From a virus (lineage: Duplodnaviria > Heunggongvirae > Uroviricota > Caudoviricetes), in the IMG/VR virus record IMGVR_UViG_2548876946_000011, positions 1 to 5,118 of that record: DNA of 5,118 nt; one strand, written 5' to 3'. The notes beneath the pieces are model-generated. The model searched no databases. It saw only the letters and a program-made list of their open reading frames with translations, and was not told the origin of the DNA. This document shows positions 1 through 4,792 of this stretch, piece by piece (position 1 is the first letter of the stretch; each line of letters starts with the position of its first letter). A program made the translations under genes and the position numbers.

Positions 1-128
1 AGAGCGTTTTTGTCGCTCGCAGCTGAATCCAGCCAGAATCCAAACTCAATATCCAGCGCATCAAAAAGCCAAAGCGGCGTTTGCCAGCAGTCCTTGTCGT
101 GTGCTGGCGTATTTGATTTGATAGTCAT
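1..128 (-). CDS. Partial CDS (first 42 codons; gene continues beyond the window start). nin-region protein whose N-terminus resembles phage Dam-type N6-adenine DNA methyltransferases
   Basis: Minus-strand ATG at 128..126 overlaps the ninB stop in an ATGA arrangement (plus 125-128 = tcat). Reverse-complement translation of 128..1 is MTIKSNTPAHDKDCWQTPLWLFDALDIEFGFWLDSAASDKNAL with no stop before the window edge. The D-x-W-x-TP...LF..L...FGF..D.AAS pattern is recalled from phage Dam-like methyltransferases; this is not a computed match. Not in the ORF track because it is truncated. Confidence 0.55.
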   Translation of the reverse strand, partial: MTIKSNTPAHDKDCWQTPLWLFDALDIEFGFWLDSAASDKNA

Positions 129-565
129 GCAGCCCGATCTCCCCATCGCGCTTTCCACTCCAGAGCCAGTCGCGCTTCGTCTGACCACTTAACGCCATGC
201 TCTGTACCAAATGCCTGTATAAGCTCTAATAGCTCCGCAAATTCGCTTACACGCATCCTGCTGGTTGACTGGCCTATTACCACAAAGCCATTCCCGGCAA
301 GGTTAGGAACAACGTCTTGCTGCTTTAATGCTGCGGTAAACACACACTTCCAGCTTTCTGCATCCAGCCAGCGACCATGCCATTCAACCTGACGAGAGAC
401 GTCACCTAAGCAGGCCCATAGCTTCCTGTTTTGGTCTAAGCTGCGGTTGCGTTCCTGAATGGTTACTACGATTGGTTTGGTTGGGTCTGGAAGGATTTGC
501 TGTACTGCGTGAATAGCGTTTTGCTGATGTGCTGGAGATCGAATTTCAAAGGTCAGTTTTTTCAT
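125..565 (-). CDS. ninB: NinB (Orf-family recombination mediator), 146 aa
   Basis: ORF-track protein from MKKLTFEIRSPAHQQNAIHAVQQILPDPTKPIVVTIQERNRSLDQNRKLWACLGD... matches lambda NinB as I remember it. Start chosen at ATG 565..563 (MKKLTF), preceded on the minus strand by GGGGGAGAGGGAAGTC as Shine-Dalgarno. The track's longer start at 583 (MGEREV) overlaps the upstream terminator T-tract and has no SD. Stop TGA at 127..125. Confidence 0.95.
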   Translation of the reverse strand: MKKLTFEIRSPAHQQNAIHAVQQILPDPTKPIVVTIQERNRSLDQNRKLWACLGDVSRQVEWHGRWLDAESWKCVFTAALKQQDVVPNLAGNGFVVIGQSTSRMRVSEFAELLELIQAFGTEHGVKWSDEARLALEWKARWGDRAA

Positions 566-580
566 GACTTCCCTCTCCCC

Positions 581-613
581 CAAATAAAAAGGCCTGCGAT
601 TACCAGCAGGCCT
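581..613 (-). terminator. Rho-independent terminator (lambda tR2-like) between the helicase gene and ninB
   Basis: On the minus strand, 8-bp GC-rich stem AGGCCTGC (613..606) pairs with GCAGGCCT (597..590) around an 8-nt loop, followed by TTTTTATTTG (589..580), 25 nt after the helicase stop. The ninB RBS follows immediately. Confidence 0.8.
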
Positions 614-638
614 GTTATTAGCTCAGTGATGTAGATGG

Positions 639-2015
639 TCATACGTCAGCCCCTTGTGCATATCGTCTGCCACGTGCAGCGGGTGCATTTGATGCTGTGC
701 AAATCTGTCTGGCTTCATCCTGGTCACATGCAACAAAGTGTCCGTTACAGAACCGCTGGTAAACCGTACCAAGCGAGCCAAAACGGTTTTTCGTCACGAT
801 GATTTCAGCAAATGGCGCGGCGCTACTGTTCTCGTCATATACCGCTTCCCGATAGAGCATGATGATTGAGTCTGCGTCCTGCTCAATGCTTCCTGAATCA
901 CGCAAATCTGCGTTTGTCGGGCGTTTGTTTGGTCGCTTCTCAACATCGCGCGAAAGCTGACTCAGGGAGATAACTGGCGTTTTCAGGTCTTTCGCCATCG
1001 CCTTAAGGCTTCCTGAGATGTGAGCAATTGCGAGGTCGTTGCGGTCTGCTTTCGGCTTCTCAATCAGGCCAAGATAATCCGCCATGATGAGTGAGAGGTT
1101 TGGATTTTCCTGTTTGTGCCGCTCTGCGATTGAGCGAATTTCTTCTACCGATAACCGCGAGGCATCGACTACCCATACATCCAAATCTGCAAGCTGACTC
1201 ATGCCGTTAGCAACACGCGCCCAGCCTTCGTCATCCATCGATGCAGGATTTCGCAGTACGCTAACCGACATCCTCCCGGCGTTGGCAATGCTTCGCTCTG
1301 CAATCTGCAATGCGCTCATTTCCATCGAGAAAATCAACACTCCGCGCCGGACGTCAGAACCAGGAATAACGCGGCTTGCCACGCCTTCGGCAATCTTCAG
1401 CGCCAGTTCGGTTTTCCCCATACCAGGACGAGCGGCGATTATCACCAGATCTTCCGCGTTCATCCCTCCGGTGATGGCATCAAGTTCTTCGATTCCGGTC
1501 TTCAGGGTATCGGACTCTTCTCCGTTCCTCAGACGCCTGTCAAGCGTGTCAGTGTAGTCAGTAATGATTTCCCCTAACCGTACAGGTTTTACCTCGTCAC
1601 GGGGCTTTCTGATGGCTGAAAGACGCTTTACAAGTTCATCCATCGCCTGACTCGATGCGTCGATGGTTCCGCTCTGAATTGGTTCACGCATTTCATCCAT
1701 GATTTCCAGCACCAGACGGCGGTGATAGTTATCCGCGACCATTCCGGCATATCCCTTCAGGTTTGCGGCACTCGGGCAGTTTTTGCTGGTCATCAGGATT
1801 GACGTGAAATGCTCCTCTCCGCACGCCTCGGCAACCATCAGCGCGTCGATTAGGTTTCTGTTTCGCGCCTGCTTGCGGATAACCTCGAAGGCTTTCCGGT
1901 AGAGCGGAATTGAAAACGCTTCCGGCTCCAGCGTTGCCAGAACGTCGCTGGCGGTTGGTGTTAATCCACCAATCAGCAAGCCACCGATAACGCTCGCTTC
2001 GATATCCTGTCTCAT
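639..2015 (-). CDS. Replicative DNA helicase, DnaB family (phage P22 gene 12-like), 458 aa
   Basis: Full-length ORF with Walker A motif [16 protein letters not shown], a RecA-like core ([31 protein letters not shown]) and a DnaB-like N-terminal region. Minus-strand RBS AGGGGGA upstream of ATG 2015..2013. The start overlaps the stop of the upstream O-like gene (ATGA), suggesting translational coupling. Confidence 0.95.
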   Translation of the reverse strand: MRQDIEASVIGGLLIGGLTPTASDVLATLEPEAFSIPLYRKAFEVIRKQARNRNLIDALMVAEACGEEHFTSILMTSKNCPSAANLKGYAGMVADNYHRRLVLEIMDEMREPIQSGTIDASSQAMDELVKRLSAIRKPRDEVKPVRLGEIITDYTDTLDRRLRNGEESDTLKTGIEELDAITGGMNAEDLVIIAARPGMGKTELALKIAEGVASRVIPGSDVRRGVLIFSMEMSALQIAERSIANAGRMSVSVLRNPASMDDEGWARVANGMSQLADLDVWVVDASRLSVEEIRSIAERHKQENPNLSLIMADYLGLIEKPKADRNDLAIAHISGSLKAMAKDLKTPVISLSQLSRDVEKRPNKRPTNADLRDSGSIEQDADSIIMLYREAVYDENSSAAPFAEIIVTKNRFGSLGTVYQRFCNGHFVACDQDEARQICTASNAPAARGRRYAQGADV

Positions 2016-2842
2016 GCAATCCCCCTGTCTGCAAACTTCCCTTCCCGTACTCCAGTTAACGAATCTTCCCTCAGCAGGTAATCAAAATCAGCTGTCCAGC
2101 CCGTGTCGTTGTCTCCGAAGTAAAACGGCTTGGCCTGATGCACAAACGCCCTGACATACGCTCTGAAACCGTCCACGTTTGGCGTTTTCAGTTGCGGGAT
2201 GATTTTCTTCAGGCGGCGTTTGCGTTTCTCGTTGACCGCAACAGCGTGTGGCAGTCTGTCACCGACTTCGGTGTTGTAGGCGTTCAGGAAGGATTCATAG
2301 TCGATTCGTTCTGCCTTGCGACGTTCAGGTTTAACCTGCCCATCGCCGCCCCCGTTAGGGGGTAAGGGGGTATTTGTATTTATTGTCTTTTGTATATTGT
2401 CTTTTGTGTTTGACTGATTCGGTAAATTGCTTTTTACCGATTTGGTGAAGGTTTGTTTTACCGAATTGGTAAATGTTTTACCGAATCCGTTAACTTTCGT
2501 TTTCCACTCGGAAATGTTTGTATTCATACCAACTTGACGCCCCACCTGAATGAGAACTCCCATTCTGATAAGCTCGTTTTTGGCGGTAGAGCATTTGGTT
2601 GGTGCCATGCCAGTGAGTTCAGCGAACTGTTCGTTTCCGATCCAATCTATTTTTTTGTTGTAACCGTATGTCTTGCGCCACACAGCCATAACAATCAGTA
2701 ACTGATGTAGAGTAAGTCCAGAAAGCATGGCGGCTTCTAACAGTGTGTTTGCAGTCCGAGTGTAGCCATCTTCGAGTTCTGCCACGCGATGCTCCACGAC
2801 CTCCAGTTGAGGCCTGTAATCAGCTAACTTAACGACGCCCAT
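2012..2842 (-). CDS. O: Replication initiation protein, lambda O / P22 gene 18-like, 276 aa
   Basis: N-terminal region ...[59 protein letters not shown]...[11 protein letters not shown]...NISEW resembles the lambda O N-terminal iteron-binding domain (remembered LDDGYARLSNMLLEAY...ILRKTYGWNK...ISEW). The gene contains the iteron/AT-rich origin. Strong RBS AGGAGTG upstream of ATG 2842..2840. A Pro/Gly linker ([10 protein letters not shown]) precedes the C-terminal domain, which is expected to recruit the helicase. Confidence 0.9.
   Translation of the reverse strand: MGVVKLADYRPQLEVVEHRVAELEDGYTRTANTLLEAAMLSGLTLHQLLIVMAVWRKTYGYNKKIDWIGNEQFAELTGMAPTKCSTAKNELIRMGVLIQVGRQVGMNTNISEWKTKVNGFGKTFTNSVKQTFTKSVKSNLPNQSNTKDNIQKTINTNTPLPPNGGGDGQVKPERRKAERIDYESFLNAYNTEVGDRLPHAVAVNEKRKRRLKKIIPQLKTPNVDGFRAYVRAFVHQAKPFYFGDNDTGWTADFDYLLREDSLTGVREGKFADRGIA
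2371..2493. other. Candidate phage origin of replication (ori-lambda-like): four iterons plus an adjacent ~40-bp AT-rich region inside the O-like gene
   Basis: Iterons at 2409..2493 are followed, in the direction of O transcription, by the AT-rich segment 2371..2408 (tatttgtatttattgtcttttgtatattgtcttttgtg). This is the same order and scale as the lambda origin inside O. Assignment is by architecture only. Confidence 0.75.
2409..2493. repeat. Iteron array, 4 copies of an ~18-bp partially palindromic repeat (consensus about TTTTACCGAATTGGTAAA)
   Basis: Copies at 2409..2426 (tttgactgattcggtaaa), 2432..2449 (ttttaccgatttggtgaa), 2456..2473 (ttttaccgaattggtaaa) and 2476..2493 (ttttaccgaatccgttaa), spaced 23, 24 and 20 bp. 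Each has TTACC/GGTAA dyad arms. They encode a repeated peptide in the O-like protein ([16 protein letters not shown]). Confidence 0.75.
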
Positions 2843-2990
2843 GTTTCACTCCTGCTTTGGCTAGTCTGTAAACACCAACAAGGCGCTCTGCGAACGCCCT
2901 GTTATTTGCTGCGGCTACCACTAATCCCTCAGGTGAATCAGGGTGTCGAATCTCTTCTTTTTCCTGGTATTTCTTACGACGTTTTGTCAT
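2829..2990 (-). CDS. Hypothetical small basic protein, 53 aa, between cII and the O-like gene
   Basis: Not in the ORF track (below its length cutoff). Minus-strand ATG at 2990..2988 is preceded by AGGAGT with 5-nt spacing. My translation is [53 protein letters not shown], with stop TAA at 2831..2829 overlapping the first codons of the O-like gene. No homology is claimed. Confidence 0.4.
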   Translation of the reverse strand: MTKRRKKYQEKEEIRHPDSPEGLVVAAANNRAFAERLVGVYRLAKAGVKHGRR

Positions 2991-2999
2991 AATTACTCC

Positions 3000-3079
3000 T
3001 GTGGATTGATCCAGTAATTCCCTCAGAATTGCATATCAATTTGCTTAAAATCCTCGGTGGCGGCCGGGGATTTTTTCTT
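3000..3079 (+). ncRNA. Candidate OOP-like antisense RNA (about 80 nt), antisense to the 3' end of cII
   Basis: Plus-strand extended -10 motif TGtCATAAT (2985..2993) gives a predicted start near 3000. A strong intrinsic terminator at 3046..3079 lies inside the cII 3' coding region on the opposite strand. Position and size mirror lambda OOP RNA. Inference only. Confidence 0.35.
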
Positions 3080-3319
3080 TGTGATTTCATCAAGCGCATA
3101 CTTAAAAGCCCTGCTAATCGGACTGATGTCTGATGCCATTCCGAAAGCACACAAGACCGAAGCAATAAATCTCCAGTCCGTTCTGCTTATCTTCGATTCA
3201 TGACAGCCAATCATCTTTGCCAGACCGCGCTGGGTAAGCGTTGACAGGTTGATGAGTAAATCTGTTTCTGCGCGATCAATTTCTCGCTGTGTTGGCTTGC
3301 TGTAACTTGCTTGTGTCAT
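3023..3319 (-). CDS. cII: CII-type transcriptional activator (lysogeny establishment), 98 aa
   Basis: ORF-track protein ends ...DEITKKKSPAATEDFKQIDMQF, resembling the lambda CII C-terminus (...NKKRPAATERSEQIQMEF as recalled), with a central HTH-like segment (LAKMIGCHESKISR). It sits between cro and O as in lambdoid phages. A TTGC-N6-TTGC motif lies antisense within its 5' end. Confidence 0.88.
   Translation of the reverse strand: MTQASYSKPTQREIDRAETDLLINLSTLTQRGLAKMIGCHESKISRTDWRFIASVLCAFGMASDISPISRAFKYALDEITKKKSPAATEDFKQIDMQF
3046..3079 (+). terminator. Rho-independent terminator on the plus strand inside the cII 3' end (candidate OOP terminator)
   Basis: Stem 3049..3056 (atcctcgg) pairs with 3063..3070 (ccggggat): 8 bp including one G-U. 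Loop is tggcgg, followed by TTTTTTCTTT (3070..3079). A-T extensions on both flanks (3046..3048 / 3071..3073) could allow some bidirectional function. Confidence 0.65.
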
Positions 3320-3329
3320 TTCTTAATAT
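3297..3329 (+). promoter_or_regulatory. Candidate pRE-like CII-activated promoter (TTGC-N6-TTGC plus -10)
   Basis: TTGC (3297..3300), spacer tgtaac, TTGC (3307..3310), then 13 nt and TAATAT (3324..3329). It lies antisense in the first codons of cII and points toward cro (antisense) and cI. The geometry matches lambda pRE as I recall it. Confidence 0.6.
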
Positions 3330-3404
3330 TTCCAATAGTGAATAGTTAGTTGAAAGGTATGCGTGGAAACGCATATGGCCTTAGTTGGTCAGATATATTG
3401 GGAC

Positions 3405-3450
3405 TCGCTTTTCAGCGACGTAGGACGAATGTCCGTTGTTACAAAGAGCG
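3405..3450 (-). promoter_or_regulatory. Candidate nutR (boxA plus boxB-like hairpin) just downstream of cro
   Basis: Minus-strand boxA CGCTCTTT (plus 3450..3443) begins 12 nt after the cro stop. Then gtaacaac, a small hairpin GGACattcGTCC, tacg, and the boxB-like hairpin TCGCtgaaaaGCGA (plus 3418..3405). The same boxA-aacaac-hairpin-tacg-boxB layout recurs at the candidate nutL. Confidence 0.55.
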
Positions 3451-3460
3451 GACCCGCTTA

Positions 3461-3676
3461 TTAAGCAGCTTTGTGTTCCGGCGGGAACACGTCATCAAGA
3501 CTGACTTTTGCGCCTAACTTGTTTAGGCACTCAACAAGAGCACGGCATGTTTTAAGGTCTGGGAAGCGACGACCAGATTCCCAATGTCCGATAGCTCCCT
3601 GTGTGCATCCAACTGCCTTAGCAAGTGTTGTTTGAGAGATATTCAGTGACTCTCGATATTTTCGTAGGTTGCTCAT
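3461..3676 (-). CDS. cro: Cro-type HTH repressor, 71 aa
   Basis: Small HTH protein MSNLRKYRESLNISQTTLAKAVGCTQGAIGHWESGRRFPDLKTCRALVECLNKLG... divergent from cI, with a recognition helix very similar to that of the cI here (TQGAIGHW vs TQGGIGHW). Start at ATG 3676..3674 has an upstream GGAGGG. The track's longer start at 3703 lacks an SD and lies upstream of the predicted pR start. Confidence 0.85.
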   Translation of the reverse strand: MSNLRKYRESLNISQTTLAKAVGCTQGAIGHWESGRRFPDLKTCRALVECLNKLGAKVSLDDVFPPEHKAA

Positions 3677-3702
3677 ATGCCCTCCATAGTAACCATAACA
3701 CA

Positions 3703-3731
3703 ATAATACGATATGTACTTTTAGAATGCAA
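3703..3731 (-). promoter_or_regulatory. Candidate pR promoter driving cro
   Basis: Minus strand: -35 TTGCAT (plus 3731..3726), 17-nt spacer, -10 TATTAT (plus 3708..3703). The spacer (tctaaaagtacatatcg) is nearly identical to the pL spacer (cagtaaagtacacatcg). Confidence 0.65.
3705..3719. promoter_or_regulatory. Candidate operator (OR1-like) overlapping the pR spacer and -10
   Basis: Minus-strand sequence AGTACatatcGTATT, half-site pattern AGTAC-N5-GTAyT. Same motif and same position relative to the promoter as the pL site at 4586..4600. Confidence 0.5.
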
Positions 3732-3764
3732 ACAAAAAATACATCTTGTGCATGGATGATTTTA

Positions 3765-3779
3765 GTACAGAGCGTAATA
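3765..3779. promoter_or_regulatory. Candidate operator (OR3-like) next to the cI start, overlapping a possible pRM -10
   Basis: Plus strand AGTACagagcGTAAT fits AGTAC-N5-GTAnT. A weaker possible middle site AATACatcttGTGCA lies at 3738..3752. A possible pRM -10 TAATAA at 3775..3780 would put the start near ATG 3788. Confidence 0.4.
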
Positions 3780-3787
3780 ATAAGGGT

Positions 3788-4447
3788 ATGAAAATGAAAT
3801 GGTATGAACTGGCTAGATCCAGAATGAAAGAGCTAGGCATAACTCAAGAGAAGTTAGCTGAAGAGCTTGGTATGACGCAGGGTGGAATTGGTCACTGGTT
3901 GCGCGGATCTCGTCATCCATCTCTTGACGAGATTGGTGTGGTGTTTAAATACCTTGGTATTGATAACGTCTCATTCAACCACGACGGTACATTTTCACCT
4001 GTTGGCGAATACTCATCTGCCCCCGTTAAAAAACAATATGAGTACCCTGTTTTTTCTCATGTTCAGGCCGGGATGTTCTCGCCTGAGCTTAGAACCTTTA
4101 CCAAAGGTGATGCGGAGAGATGGGTCAGCACAACCAAAAAAGCCAGTGATTGTGCGTTTTGGCTTGAAGTTGAAGGTAATTCCATGACCGCGCCAACAGG
4201 ATCCAAGCCAAGCTTTCCTGACGGGATGTTAATTCTCGTTGACCCTGAGCAGGCTGTTGAGCCAGGTGATTTCTGCATAGCCAGACTTGGTGGTGACGAG
4301 TTTACCTTCAAGAAACTGATCAGGGATAGCGGTCAGGTGTTCCTACAACCACTAAATCCGCAATATCCAATGATTCCATGCAATGATAGCTGTTCCGTAG
4401 TAGGGAAAGTTATCGCCAGCCAGTGGCCTGAAGAGACATTTAGTTAA
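3788..4447 (+). CDS. cI: CI-type prophage repressor (HTH N-domain plus LexA/S24-like autocleavage C-domain)
   Basis: C-terminal portion [52 protein letters not shown]...[15 protein letters not shown] is almost identical to the lambda cI C-terminal domain as I remember it, including the Ser (GNSMTAP) and Lys (FKKLI) catalytic context. The N-terminal HTH ([23 protein letters not shown]) is unlike lambda. Start is uncertain: the longest ORF begins at 3746, but 3788 (MKMKW) or 3794 keeps the candidate operators in the intergenic region. AAGGG lies 7 nt before the 3794 ATG. Confidence 0.93.
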   Translation: MKMKWYELARSRMKELGITQEKLAEELGMTQGGIGHWLRGSRHPSLDEIGVVFKYLGIDNVSFNHDGTFSPVGEYSSAPVKKQYEYPVFSHVQAGMFSPELRTFTKGDAERWVSTTKKASDCAFWLEVEGNSMTAPTGSKPSFPDGMLILVDPEQAVEPGDFCIARLGGDEFTFKKLIRDSGQVFLQPLNPQYPMIPCNDSCSVVGKVIASQWPEETFS

Positions 4448-4477
4448 CAGCCTCACCACTCTAAAACACACAACAAT

Positions 4478-4507
4478 AACCCGACCTTAGCGTCGGGTTT
4501 TCTTTTT
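4478..4507 (+). terminator. Rho-independent terminator immediately downstream of cI
   Basis: Stem aacccgac (4478..4485) pairs with gtcgggtt (4492..4499), 6-nt loop cttagc, T-tract ttttcttttt (4498..4507). It begins 31 nt after the cI stop. Confidence 0.8.
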
Positions 4508-4573
4508 CCAAAATATAAATCAATAAAATACAAAGTGTTATAAAAAACTAAACCATATTTAGAACATTTTGTA

Positions 4574-4602
4574 TTGACTCAGTAAAGTACACATCGTACT
4601 AT
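4574..4602 (+). promoter_or_regulatory. Candidate pL promoter with embedded operator (OL1-like, 4586..4600)
   Basis: -35 TTGACT (4574..4579), 17-nt spacer, -10 TACTAT (4597..4602). A near-perfect inverted repeat AGTACacatcGTACT (4586..4600) spans the spacer and -10. A weaker site AGAACattttGTATT (4561..4575) is centred 25 bp upstream and overlaps the -35. Confidence 0.7.
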
Positions 4603-4647
4603 TTAGCCATCAGCAGGAAGCTGGAAGCCAAACGGAACAGACTGGCA

Positions 4648-4694
4648 TGCTCTTTAAACAACGTCGAGCACTCGACTACGTGGCTGAAAAGCCA
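4648..4694 (+). promoter_or_regulatory. Candidate nutL (boxA plus boxB-like hairpin) in the pL leader
   Basis: boxA-like TGCTCTTTAA (4648..4657), then acaac, hairpin GTCGAgcacTCGAC (4663..4676), tacg, and boxB-like TGGCtgaaaaGCCA (4681..4694). Architecture parallels the candidate nutR. Confidence 0.55.
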
Positions 4695-4792
4695 GATCAC
4701 CCAACCACATGAGCTGTGGGATGCAATGCCGAAGCAACCGTCTCAGGAAGAGCTTCGAGATTGCATCACCAAAGTTTATTCGGGAGGAATCT

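Noticed and set aside
10-192. 60-aa plus-strand ORF
   Set aside because: It lies antisense to the ninB 3' end and the coupled downstream gene, has no RBS, and is low-complexity Ser/Gln-rich. Treated as a spurious ORF.
1201-1557. 118-aa plus-strand ORF
   Set aside because: Antisense within the well-supported helicase gene, with no RBS.
1729-2034. 101-aa minus-strand ORF
   Set aside because: Alternative frame entirely inside the helicase / O-like overlap region. The Arg/Gly-rich translation is typical of an out-of-frame read.
2349-2370. ccccc-gtta-ggggg hairpin followed by gtaaggggg
   Set aside because: It is inside the O-like coding sequence and encodes the Pro/Gly linker ([10 protein letters not shown]). 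There is no T-tract, so it is explained by codon content rather than being a terminator.
2409-2493. Short direct repeats that could be mistaken for a CRISPR array
   Set aside because: Only four ~18-bp copies with 2-6 bp spacers, inside a protein-coding gene and next to an AT-rich tract. This is the iteron pattern of a phage origin, not repeat-spacer architecture.
2138-2701. Two plus-strand ORFs (2138..2365 and 2453..2701)
   Set aside because: Both are antisense to the O-like gene and span the iteron and AT-rich origin, where stop codons are rare by composition. No RBS.
2974-3165. 63-aa minus-strand ORF
   Set aside because: Out-of-frame overlap with the cII 3' end and the OOP-like terminator. 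No RBS. The cII frame has the family-like C-terminus.
3882-4311. ORFs 3882..4187 (+) and 4063..4311 (-)
   Set aside because: Both are nested in or antisense to the cI gene, whose frame carries the conserved autocleavage-domain sequence.
4705-4719. Small hairpin CCACA-tgagc-TGTGG in the N leader
   Set aside because: Only 5 bp with no flanking conservation I can assess. It could contribute to leader structure, but the support is insufficient to call it a feature.
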